NCBI GenBank assembly: GCA_965228855.1
Contig: CBDDIJ010000003.1
Location: 1,120,001 to 1,184,000, forward strand
Direction: 5' to 3'
Source of the DNA: Candidatus Obscuribacterales bacterium
Lineage (GTDB): Bacteria > Cyanobacteriota > Vampirovibrionia > Obscuribacterales > Obscuribacteraceae
Length of the DNA stretch: 64,000 nucleotides
The translations under genes were made by a program, and so were the position numbers. Under the pieces are notes generated by a model. That model ran no database searches. It worked only from the letters and a program-made list of their open reading frames with translations, and had not been told where the DNA came from. Shown here in pieces: positions 20,509 to 29,783 of the stretch; the stretch's first letter is position 1; every line of letters begins with the position of its first letter.

Positions 20509-20784
20509 CTATCGCAGAAATTTGAGCGCGCCTTCGACGTGGACGGTGACGAGGTCTTCTTTCATAAGTGCAGTTCCTTCGAACTCGTAACAGGGACCGG
20601 CGTTGTCGACGACTCGGAATGTCTGCACACCGCTGGGTGCAGAACTCAGCTGTTGTACGAGATTGCTGCCCTGCCCGGGCTCGTTGGTCAATGAAACGAC
20701 CATTGGTCTTGTTTTTGTGCCGCCAATCGACGCGGTGGTCCACGGTTCGCGAATTAACAAATCTCTAGAGACTTCGATGACCAT
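20509..20784 (-). CDS. Small hypothetical protein
   Basis: Best ORF in the gap with protein-like composition; start uncertain (20784 or 20838). Confidence 0.45.
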   Translation of the reverse strand: MVIEVSRDLLIREPWTTASIGGTKTRPMVVSLTNEPGQGSNLVQQLSSAPSGVQTFRVVDNAGPCYEFEGTALMKEDLVTVHVEGALKFLR

Positions 20785-21016
20785 ACGCTTATGCTCCTGG
20801 TGCTGGTCGACTGGTCGCTGGATGCCACTTTCCAGCACCTCAGAGCCAGACGGCGGGTTTCTGGCAAAGATAATAACCCATTACAACTACATGCGAGGCG
20901 ATTTTCGATTTTTCTCATCTGCGGCATAATGGTCTTTAGTCCCACCCGGAATAACAGACTGAAATTCATTCCACTCAAGAATATCTACTGCCTAAGGTCG
21001 CCGCGAGAGAGGTTCT

Positions 21017-22693
21017 ATGCCGCCAGAAGTTGTTCCTCAGGAGGAATTGAAAATCCCGAACGGCTGGATGGTCGGTGGGTCTCGACCTCGATACTTTGAC
21101 ATTGGTGTAACCTCTGAGCAGAAGCACAGCGGTACACAGTGCGCGATGATTCGTTCAAGGGTTGAGAATTGCGAAGACTTCGGCACTCTCGTTCAGAATA
21201 TTGATGCGGCTCCCTACAGAGGTCGCCATGTTTCACTGACGGCGTTTATAAAATCTAGCGATGTGAAGTCATTCGCCGGACTCTGGATGCGGATTGATGC
21301 GAGTGGGAAGGTTGTCGGTTTTGACAACATGCAAGATCGTCCAATTATGGGAACTAGGGATTGGACGAAATACGAAGTAATGCTCTATGTTCCGCAGGAG
21401 AGCGACAACATTGGTTTTGGCGTTTTGATGACGGGAACCGGCACGGTTTGGTTCGATGATTTTGAAATTAAAATAGTCAGTGGCGATGTGCAGACAACAG
21501 GCGGGCAAAACCGTTCTTGCGGAATTCAGTATCAACAGTCTTGTCCAACCAATCTTGATTTCGCGCAGGGTGCTTATAAGGAGAAGCCAGTCGGAGACTG
21601 GGACAACGTACCTCAAGGCTGGTTTGTTCAACGCAAAGATCCGTCCTTCTTTGTCGGATTGAAAGAATTGAAAACTGGGGCCGGAGTTGAAACAGTCGCG
21701 TGCATTCGCAATACATCCAAAGAGATCGAGGCTGACGGATTTGGCACGCTGCTGCAGTCTATTGAAGCAACTCACCTTGCCGGAAAACGCATTCGTTTAG
21801 CCGCCAAGGTTAAAGGTAATGGTATCGAAGTTGGTGGCGGCTTATGGTTGCGAGTTGACGCCGGTTGGGACCTCGCTGTTTGTTATGACTACATGGACGA
21901 TCGCAAGATCAAGGGAACTACAGATTGGACAGAGTATCAATGTGTAGTCGACGTTCCTGAAGATAGTGACAACATTTACTTTGGCGCGCTTCTGGTCGGA
22001 CGAGGCGAGATGTGTGTCAAAGACTTCGCTCTGGATATGGTCACATCAAAGACACCGACAACCGGTGACCGAGGCTCTCTCGAAGATCGAGAGAGGGCAA
22101 AGTGGCCCAATCGGAAAGAGATCAATTCCGAACCACTGAATTTAGACCTCCGAGCGAACAAAGAAGGGCTGCCGAGTGGCTGGATCGCCAGAGGCAGCAA
22201 TCCTGAGCGATTCGAGATGAAAATTGACTCGGCTCAGAACTATGAAGGCAAACCATGCGCGGTCATTTCTGCTAAGAGGAGCTATGATGACGGTTTTGGC
22301 ACGCTCATGCAAAATGTCGAGCCTTCGCATTTCAAAGCAAAGCGAGTCCGTTTTTCCGCTTATGTGAAAACCGAAGATGTGGAGCATGCCGCGCTGTGGA
22401 TGAGAGTCGACGGAGCCGATGGTAACTTTATCGCGTTTGACAACATGCAGGAGCGCGCGTTATCCGGTTGCAACGATTGGGGACGGTTTGAAATTGTTCT
22501 CGATGTCGCAGATGAGGCTACTAATCTAGCTTTCGGCGTACTGATGACTCCGCGAGGAAAAGTCTGGATTGCCGATGCTGCACTCGATACTGTTTCAGTC
22601 GATATCGAACTTACCGAAACGCGAAACCTGCTCGAAGTTAAGGCTGCGCCTACGAACCTCAATTTCGAAGACACCGAGCCGGCTGCCGAATAG
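21017..22693 (+). CDS. Protein made of three tandem beta-sandwich (galactose-binding-like) domains
   Basis: Three copies of PxGW..FGTLxQ..LW(M/L)R(I/V)D..(F/Y)DxM..R...G..DW...VP..N(I/L)xFG.L..PxNLxF. Confidence 0.8.
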   Translation: MPPEVVPQEELKIPNGWMVGGSRPRYFDIGVTSEQKHSGTQCAMIRSRVENCEDFGTLVQNIDAAPYRGRHVSLTAFIKSSDVKSFAGLWMRIDASGKVVGFDNMQDRPIMGTRDWTKYEVMLYVPQESDNIGFGVLMTGTGTVWFDDFEIKIVSGDVQTTGGQNRSCGIQYQQSCPTNLDFAQGAYKEKPVGDWDNVPQGWFVQRKDPSFFVGLKELKTGAGVETVACIRNTSKEIEADGFGTLLQSIEATHLAGKRIRLAAKVKGNGIEVGGGLWLRVDAGWDLAVCYDYMDDRKIKGTTDWTEYQCVVDVPEDSDNIYFGALLVGRGEMCVKDFALDMVTSKTPTTGDRGSLEDRERAKWPNRKEINSEPLNLDLRANKEGLPSGWIARGSNPERFEMKIDSAQNYEGKPCAVISAKRSYDDGFGTLMQNVEPSHFKAKRVRFSAYVKTEDVEHAALWMRVDGADGNFIAFDNMQERALSGCNDWGRFEIVLDVADEATNLAFGVLMTPRGKVWIADAALDTVSVDIELTETRNLLEVKAAPTNLNFEDTEPAAE

Positions 22694-22784
22694 TTGCAGT
22701 TTACAAAGACTTCCTTGATACCGGACTGTTTAACGCACTTAATCGTCTAAACTGTTGGGCGCAGCAGTATTCAGGAGTTAAATT

Positions 22785-23651
22785 ATGCGCGACCCTAACG
22801 TTCCCGAGTCCCTGGAAGGCTGGTGGATTCTTCACCGCATGTACGCGTTCGATCGCCTGGCCTGGGATGAGTTGGCCCAGTCCGTGAAAGACGAAATCGT
22901 CGCTGATGCTTTGAAGGCGCTTAAGCCATTCAAAGAAAGTAAAGACAGTGACGTCGGCTTGGCGCAAATGGTCGGGCACAAAGCTGATCTCATGCTCACG
23001 CACTATAGCCGTGACTACGACAGTTTGGCTCATGCGCAAATGGCATTTGATAAAACCAAACTCGCCGAATACCTTACGCCAGGCATCTCATACACGTCGA
23101 TTCTCGAACTCGGAATGTACGAGGCAACGGGCAAGATTCATGCCGCCCTTGCAGAACAAGGGCTGAAGCCGGGTTCGCCCGAATTCAACGAGGCATTCGA
23201 TGCTGCTGTTAAGAAAGAGGAACTCAATCCGCGCCATGCGAGCCGCGTATGGGCCCGAATTCCTGAGCGCAGATACGTTTGTTTCTATCCGATGGATAAG
23301 CGACGCGGTGAAGACGTCAACTGGTATGCCTTGCCGTTCGAAGAACGCGGGAAGTTGATGCTTGAGCACGGGAAAATTGGCCGCACCTATCATGGTCTCG
23401 TAACACAGGTAATCTCAGGCTCCATCGGCTTTGACACCTATGAGTGGGGCGTCGATCTCTACGCAGACGATCCAATTGTCTTTAAGAAGCTCATCTACAC
23501 CATGCGTTTCGATGAGGCCAGTTCAAAATATGGCGTGTTCGGCGATTTCTACTCAGGATTGCAGTTCTCTCTAGACCAACTCGCCACCTTCCTTGACGGC
23601 AACGAAGTTCCAAAACTGAATGTTCTGGAAACCGCCGGTCGACCCGCATAA
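22785..23651 (+). CDS. chdC: Coproheme decarboxylase (HemQ/ChdC; chlorite dismutase superfamily)
   Basis: SLEGWWILH, GHKADL, CFYPMDKRR, NWYAL..EHGKIGR, SGSIGFD.YEWGV, MRFDEASSKY; AGGAG RBS. Confidence 0.88.
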   Translation: MRDPNVPESLEGWWILHRMYAFDRLAWDELAQSVKDEIVADALKALKPFKESKDSDVGLAQMVGHKADLMLTHYSRDYDSLAHAQMAFDKTKLAEYLTPGISYTSILELGMYEATGKIHAALAEQGLKPGSPEFNEAFDAAVKKEELNPRHASRVWARIPERRYVCFYPMDKRRGEDVNWYALPFEERGKLMLEHGKIGRTYHGLVTQVISGSIGFDTYEWGVDLYADDPIVFKKLIYTMRFDEASSKYGVFGDFYSGLQFSLDQLATFLDGNEVPKLNVLETAGRPA

Positions 23652-23698
23652 AATCTCAAAAGCCCGCGCTGTAAGCGGTCGCGGGGTTTGCAACCTGC

Positions 23699-23740
23699 TG
23701 TCCCGGGGTACGTTATTTTAGACGTCCCCGGGACATTTTT
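23699..23740 (+). terminator. Inverted repeat with T-tract, probable intrinsic terminator after chdC
   Basis: TGTCCCGGGG (23699-23708) and CCCCGGGACA (23726-23735) followed by TTTTT. Confidence 0.55.
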
Positions 23741-26595
23741 TGACGGGAAACAATATTCCTTTGAGTAAAACAGAAACAGCCCCGAAAGATATTGTGGAGA
23801 AGGCTCCGAAGACCGATGACGTCGGCAGAGAGACTCGTGACCGGTTGCTTCAAGATGCTCTGGGTGAGCGTCAACCGATTGTGGATAGCTCGTCAGCGGA
23901 TTTGAAAAATGCTCGGGCGACGGAAGGGAAGCCCATTGTCGATGGACTTCCGCAAGTCGAAGTAACCGATGACACAGCAAATAGTGCCGATGAAATTGCT
24001 GAGTCCGGAGCTGGAGAGTCTAAGCTATCTGACAATTTCGAGTATAAAACTCAGCCGTCAGAAACCATCGTCTCCTCGGATCAATCTCTGGCTGCTCTGG
24101 CAAACTCATTGGCGCCGGGCTTTTATGGTGACGCCTATCCAGAATACGCTCGCGATCCGTTCGTGCTACGACAGTTTGAAAAGGCTTTCACACAGGCGCT
24201 GGCCTTTGCCAACGGTATATCACCGGATGCATCTGTTTCGCAAGGCGATAAGCTGATTGTTCCAGGACGAAATTCGGAGGGCGAGCCGCTATTTGCCAAA
24301 GATGGCATTAAGCGCCAGTGGGGCTCTAATACGGTAGACACACTCGAAAAGGATAATACTCGGCGCACTCAGTTCGACGACGGCACTCTATTTGTTTACA
24401 AACCTGATGGTACCTCTATCAGAACAGATGTTCTTGGTGTCGTTGAAACGTCAAAAACTCTGCCGGATGGAACATTCCAACGAGAGAGAAGCGACGGGAC
24501 CTACGAGAAGAGATTCACCGATGGCTCGTCCGAGCAGGGTGGATTAAATGGAGTAAAGAGTAGGGTTGCGACCGACGGGACCATAACTACGTCTTATCGC
24601 AACGGCGAGATCTCGACTCTGAAGCCTGATGGAACGCAGATATTTGTCGATAAAGACAAATCCGTTATGACGACTCTGCCAGACGGAACTTCTCGCACTG
24701 TTAATGAAAACGGGCACCTCATCGGACTGGGTGTTTTTGGAAACGAGATTGGTATCAAGTTCAAAGCCGGTGATGATCCGAAGCGTGATAGTGTCGTTAC
24801 CGGTCGCGTCAGACCTGAGTGGAACTTCACTCTTTCTACCGACAAAGATGGAGACGTAGAAGTGACCGAGGGAGAACCGCCTCGAGCGCTGCATGCGGTT
24901 AGCGACGGTGACTTTAAGTCGCTAACTGAATCGCGCACAGAACTGTTCCAAAAAGCGGAATCAAACTACGATGACCCGATCGCGAGCGTGAAGTTTAAAG
25001 CTGATCTGATCAGGTTCGAGAACCGTGCCAAAGAACGAGGATTGAGTTCTGATGAGGTTCTTTCCGTTTACAAAGACCTTGATAGACTATTGACGCCCAC
25101 TTCGGACGCAAAAATTGACGACAAAGGACGGGCTCAAATTGCCGCGGAATTGGCCGGAGATCTCGCCTCCCCGTACACTATTGCACAGGGCGCTCACGGC
25201 ACTTGTAACGTGAAAATCCTGCAGGTCATGATGTCTGCCAAGCATCCGGAGCGCGTTGCGAGCTTGATTACCGAAGCCTCGATGACTGGACAGCATACAC
25301 TTCCGTCTGGACGAGTGATTACACTCCCTGAAGGTACGTTGACACCTCACAACGATGCGATCGGATATCCCAGTCAAAACGGTGCCAGGGGATTTGCCGG
25401 ACAAGTATTCGACTCTGCCGCAGTCAATACTCTGTATCAGGTGGAGAACAGAGGTTATCGATTCGATCAGCTTGAGCCCGATCCGTCCATGAGAGGGTAC
25501 AAAAGGGGCGACATCATGGTGGATAACGAAACCGGGAAGCCACTCACGGACCCGATTACCGGAAACGTTAAGGAGTTCAATGGACTATACGCACCTGAAA
25601 TTGTAGATATCTACAAGCAATTGATGGGTGACTCAAAATCAAATGAAGACTGGCTGCTCGATCCGAATTACCCGGCCGCTGATACTACTGATGGTATCAA
25701 GACATTCGAATCACCAGAAGAGCTGTCAGCAATACTTAAGGACCTGAAGCAGCAAGGGCAATTCCCATACCCGATTCATGTGAATACAAGAATGGCACCA
25801 TTCTGGGCTGATTCCTCCGGAGGGCTAGCTGGTGGAAGCGGAGGTGCTCATGTGCTGAATATCGCCGACTACGACCCCGTAACTAATTCAGTTCTAATCG
25901 ATAATCAATGGTCTAGCTACAACGATCGGCTCGACCCATCAAAGGCAATTCCGGTCGATAAATTGTTCTCTGCTTCAGTAGATAGCTCTAAACTGTTTTC
26001 GCTTATAAGCGATGAATCAAAAGCTCAGGCCGGCGATGACTTCGAGCTTAGAGATCGCTTGATACTGAATAAACTTAATGATGCACTAAAAGATGCTGAC
26101 CCGAATCTACTTCGCATTGAATATGACACCTACTCCCGAAGTTTGGGTCTGGAGTTAGCTGGTACTAAACATGGCGATCCATCCAACGTCGAAATGATGA
26201 GTCTGTATCGCAACCTGAACCCAATTGGAAAACTTGCCGTGTTGCAGTCGGTCACTCGGGCGGTCACTACAGACGGTGGCGAACCCCAGTCGTTTAGCGC
26301 TGGTCAGTATAAGACAGAAGTTGTTTCGCTCGCAGCTGAGTTTGGAATGTCCTTTCCGCACATCATTCGAGGACTTCAGACCCAGCCTCAGACAGTCGAA
26401 GACGGGATACTCGCACATGTGATTGATGGCGCCGCTCCGGGCAAAGAAGCGTATAACAAGGGTCGACTAGACGTGATCAGACTTCTTTCAAGTATGCCAG
26501 AGGCAACACGAAACAAGATCCTTGATGCAATTCAGGTAGACTCTGACCGGCGCCAGCGAGAGGCGCGCGAATTCGCCGCTAAATACGCCGAATAG
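23740..26595 (+). CDS. Large protein with LysM-like segment, DG-repeat region and papain-like cysteine protease domain
   Basis: LAFANGI..GDKLIVPG; about ten (P/S)DG(T/S) repeats; QGAHGTC...GAHVLNI...IDNQW; start codon uncertain. Confidence 0.7.
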   Translation: MTGNNIPLSKTETAPKDIVEKAPKTDDVGRETRDRLLQDALGERQPIVDSSSADLKNARATEGKPIVDGLPQVEVTDDTANSADEIAESGAGESKLSDNFEYKTQPSETIVSSDQSLAALANSLAPGFYGDAYPEYARDPFVLRQFEKAFTQALAFANGISPDASVSQGDKLIVPGRNSEGEPLFAKDGIKRQWGSNTVDTLEKDNTRRTQFDDGTLFVYKPDGTSIRTDVLGVVETSKTLPDGTFQRERSDGTYEKRFTDGSSEQGGLNGVKSRVATDGTITTSYRNGEISTLKPDGTQIFVDKDKSVMTTLPDGTSRTVNENGHLIGLGVFGNEIGIKFKAGDDPKRDSVVTGRVRPEWNFTLSTDKDGDVEVTEGEPPRALHAVSDGDFKSLTESRTELFQKAESNYDDPIASVKFKADLIRFENRAKERGLSSDEVLSVYKDLDRLLTPTSDAKIDDKGRAQIAAELAGDLASPYTIAQGAHGTCNVKILQVMMSAKHPERVASLITEASMTGQHTLPSGRVITLPEGTLTPHNDAIGYPSQNGARGFAGQVFDSAAVNTLYQVENRGYRFDQLEPDPSMRGYKRGDIMVDNETGKPLTDPITGNVKEFNGLYAPEIVDIYKQLMGDSKSNEDWLLDPNYPAADTTDGIKTFESPEELSAILKDLKQQGQFPYPIHVNTRMAPFWADSSGGLAGGSGGAHVLNIADYDPVTNSVLIDNQWSSYNDRLDPSKAIPVDKLFSASVDSSKLFSLISDESKAQAGDDFELRDRLILNKLNDALKDADPNLLRIEYDTYSRSLGLELAGTKHGDPSNVEMMSLYRNLNPIGKLAVLQSVTRAVTTDGGEPQSFSAGQYKTEVVSLAAEFGMSFPHIIRGLQTQPQTVEDGILAHVIDGAAPGKEAYNKGRLDVIRLLSSMPEATRNKILDAIQVDSDRRQREAREFAAKYAE

Positions 26596-26646
26596 CGTCC
26601 TCTCGAGCACTCCGGTCATGTCTGGCTTTTAACGCTACGCTCTAGT

Positions 26647-27600
26647 CTATTGAATTCTATTTCCCTGCCCGAAGCCATCTGCGATAGTCCTTGCCGTCAA
26701 AAATTCTTTTTGTGCTGCAAGTTTTTCGTACTCGTCGGAGTGATAGTATTCACCGAGAATCATTCCCCAACGTGCAACCAGTTTGTTTACCGTTCTCATA
26801 TCCGAGCGGGTGCTGTAAGAAAAATTCGGTTCGCTAGCTCTATGAAAGTCGCCGTAGGGGATTACTGTGAATGTCCATGTCTCTCCTGCTGCATCGGGAA
26901 GGTAGATGGCTGTATCCGGGTATGCGTAAGCAATACCGCGAAGAATTGCTGTCGTAGTGGAGTTTGCTTGCGCTGTTGGGAAATACTGGTCTGGTCCGGG
27001 ATTGATAGATTTGTCAATTTCCTCCTTATAGATTCCCTCTTTCGCGCATTTATTCAGCTGCTCCACAGCAGAATTTTTCCATTTGGTCAAACCGTCCCAG
27101 CCTTCGCTGGCCTCAAATGGAGGAACTCCTTTCAGCTTTGTTGTCTTTGACACACGTTCAAAACCTTTTAAGCTCTCGAAGAATCCATCAGCTTCACCGC
27201 CGAACTCAGCTTTCGGATCGTAAGAGATTCTTACGCCGTCCTTCATTGCTTCTTGATTGAAGTCTTCGATTCGCTTGATGTCTTCTTTTGACCAGTCGTA
27301 AAAGTTCAGGTCCGCTAAACCTCTTTCATCGGCAAGAAGTAGCACGATATTTGGATTAGTCAGATGGACGCCGAGCTTGGAGCCAAGAAGGGGATACCAC
27401 TTAGCGACCCTGGTTGAGGCTCGTTCGACGGCCGAGGTGACATCTGCTGGAATTCCATGTGGCGGAATCTTACGTTTTGTTTTTACGATCTGATTGTCTT
27501 GGGAGTGTGCGCTCAGACCGCAATTGTTGAAGCAGAGCGGGCCTGTGAGAAGAGCGACTGTAAAGATAGCCGCCACCGTGAGCTTTGATACTGGTTTCAT
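26647..27600 (-). CDS. Secreted hypothetical protein
   Basis: Long ORF; signal-like MKPVSKLTVAAIFTVALLTG. Confidence 0.65.
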   Translation of the reverse strand: MKPVSKLTVAAIFTVALLTGPLCFNNCGLSAHSQDNQIVKTKRKIPPHGIPADVTSAVERASTRVAKWYPLLGSKLGVHLTNPNIVLLLADERGLADLNFYDWSKEDIKRIEDFNQEAMKDGVRISYDPKAEFGGEADGFFESLKGFERVSKTTKLKGVPPFEASEGWDGLTKWKNSAVEQLNKCAKEGIYKEEIDKSINPGPDQYFPTAQANSTTTAILRGIAYAYPDTAIYLPDAAGETWTFTVIPYGDFHRASEPNFSYSTRSDMRTVNKLVARWGMILGEYYHSDEYEKLAAQKEFLTARTIADGFGQGNRIQ

Positions 27601-27855
27601 TTTATTTCTCCGCGAAGTTTGGATGACAGATAGAAACAGCGTCTTCGCGCTCACGTTCTACATTGCTACATCCGTATCATTTTATTGTGACTTGTACTTC
27701 CGCCTATGCACTAAAAGCCGCCTATTGGACAGAGTAAAGAACGGAGTTGGTTCAATAACATCAGCAAACCCCATAGGTTTTATCTCAAAACCTATAGATC
27801 AACTTCGGCGATTCTTATCAAAATAGATGTATGCATCTAAGGCGAGGGACTACGA

Positions 27856-28344
27856 ATGGGATCCAGCGAGAACGATTGGCACGACGTGCCACCCACTAAG
27901 CCCAGTGCTGAGCACATGATACCTGGACTCTACGCGCTAGCTCGCTGCTGGTACGACCGCGGCGACTATGCACCTTCAGAGAAGATCTACCGATTAATAA
28001 TCAATATTGATGACAGAGTGAAGAACATCACCTGTCTGGAGATAGTTCTCAGTGCATACGATTTGGCGCGCCTTCTGACGGATACCGAGCGATACATGGA
28101 AGCGGAGCATATGTTCTTGCGAGCCATTAACAGATGCACGCATTGCCTGAGTCAGGATCACAAAATCTTTGCTTTGATTCTCCGCTCGTACGGCGAGTTA
28201 CTCAGGAAAATGAAACTCGAAAAGGAAGCTGTGGCGCTTGAGACACGCGCTGCAGATCTTGGCGCTTACGCAACTGTGGATCGGCAAAGTGATTCTTCGT
28301 ACACCGAATCTGATACCGCTGTAAGTAGTGCGACAATTGGATGA
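27856..28344 (+). CDS. TPR protein
   Basis: YDLARLL..RYMEAEHMFLRAI, YGELLRKM..EAVALE. Confidence 0.75.
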   Translation: MGSSENDWHDVPPTKPSAEHMIPGLYALARCWYDRGDYAPSEKIYRLIINIDDRVKNITCLEIVLSAYDLARLLTDTERYMEAEHMFLRAINRCTHCLSQDHKIFALILRSYGELLRKMKLEKEAVALETRAADLGAYATVDRQSDSSYTESDTAVSSATIG

Positions 28345-28404
28345 CCGATCGCGTTTTTTGCAGTAAGACCAAGTATCCGAAGATGAGTTTGTGAGGCTGT
28401 TTGG

Positions 28405-29160
28405 CTACTCAAGGGGAAGAAAAAACGACTCGCTGTCTAAAGGCGGATTGAGCTCTGCGCTTACAGTTACATGGGGATCTAGAAGGTTAGATGATAGCTC
28501 GAATCTATCGCCGGTCAAAAATCGCCCAACTGCATTCAAGTAGGTTGCTGGATTGATTGCGGGAGGCAGTTTTTCTCGAAGGTGTAGATCGCTCTGCTTC
28601 ACTAGCCCGGATTCTGAATTTATCCAGAGAGATACCTTCGTCATTTCCTTGCCCGTATAAACCACAAGATGGTGGCAATTCTCTCCATCCAAGTTCTTAT
28701 CCGCGAACTGAGCAACGCCTTTCACATTACACAGAAATCCTGACTCCTTTCTCATCAAAAGATGAAGTAGCCGCAGCTCCGCTCTGGGATTTGTTTGCTT
28801 CAGAGCCGACAAAAGTGACGAAAAGGTTCGCTGTGTCCTCGATTCACGGAAATACGTGCTATGCACTCCGACTTCGTTGGCGACGAAAGATGACGCTACT
28901 TTCGTCAACGGAACTCCGGGATTCATCGGCTTTAGTGACGGTATGTCAGAAACGAGCGTGCTGCTCACGTAAGCCCAGTGAGGCCTTATGAATTTTGTCT
29001 CGATCTCGAGGTAGGTGACTCCACGGAAATCGCCGATGATTGTTTCGCCGCCGCAAACACGAGTAACTTCCCTGAAGCTGTCGCATTCAGAATAAATTTT
29101 TAGTGTTCGTTCTAAAATTTCTTCTTTGGTCACTAGTGCGGCTCTAGGTGGTGGTGGCAC
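28405..29160 (-). CDS. Hypothetical protein, LolA/DUF2092-like fold suspected
   Basis: EILERTLKIYSECDSF, FIRPH, LDGENCHHL, LWINSESGLV, LNPPLDSESF. Confidence 0.5.
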   Translation of the reverse strand: MPPPPRAALVTKEEILERTLKIYSECDSFREVTRVCGGETIIGDFRGVTYLEIETKFIRPHWAYVSSTLVSDIPSLKPMNPGVPLTKVASSFVANEVGVHSTYFRESRTQRTFSSLLSALKQTNPRAELRLLHLLMRKESGFLCNVKGVAQFADKNLDGENCHHLVVYTGKEMTKVSLWINSESGLVKQSDLHLREKLPPAINPATYLNAVGRFLTGDRFELSSNLLDPHVTVSAELNPPLDSESFFLPLE

Positions 29161-29173
29161 CTGTGGTGCCTAT

Positions 29174-29626
29174 TTACTGTAGGTTTCTAGGTTCGAACAT
29201 TTGCGTGTCCATTTCTGCGTTAAACTCGGTGTCGTCTATAAAAATGTCGGAGGGCAGCTTGTGCCGATTTTTAATCATCTCAATACCACTGTCGAAGTGG
29301 AGAAATTCGACAGTTGATATCGACGCATCTTTTGCATCCGTTAGCTTTACTGCTTTCAGGACGGCACCATCTTCGTTTCCAACGGCTTCGGATAGTCGCC
29401 ATTTTTTCGTCTTGATCCTGTCCAGGATCACTAACTGCACGATGAGATTCGTTGTAAGTCGGTAGCAATGCGGTCTCTGAAAGAGATTTATCATCTCGTA
29501 GTAAGCGGTGATCTTCCCTCCCGGAAACCGTTTGGAAAGTAACGGCATGTGGGCAAATTCTCGCGCACTCAAGCAGCGCATGTAGCGCTCAAACGATTTC
29601 AGGAGTACCGTGCTGCCATTCGTCAT
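29174..29626 (-). CDS. Hypothetical protein, shortened paralog of 28405..29160
   Basis: RYMRCLS..E, FQRPH, FNAEMDTQMF resemble the downstream neighbour. Confidence 0.45.
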   Translation of the reverse strand: MTNGSTVLLKSFERYMRCLSAREFAHMPLLSKRFPGGKITAYYEMINLFQRPHCYRLTTNLIVQLVILDRIKTKKWRLSEAVGNEDGAVLKAVKLTDAKDASISTVEFLHFDSGIEMIKNRHKLPSDIFIDDTEFNAEMDTQMFEPRNLQ

Positions 29627-29783
29627 GGGGCAAAACCGGATGCTACTTCCTAATATTCAGCTTAGCATCGCTCAAGAGCACGTCAATCACCCGGCCGGGT
29701 AAAGAAATTTAGTCAAGTTAAACGCGACGAGAGGATGTCATTAATCCATACTTGTTGGGTTGTTTGCAAACTTCAAGAAACCC

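Noticed and set aside
22785..23651. Chlorite dismutase call
   Set aside because: The YPMxK motif and Gln at the apparent distal position indicate ChdC
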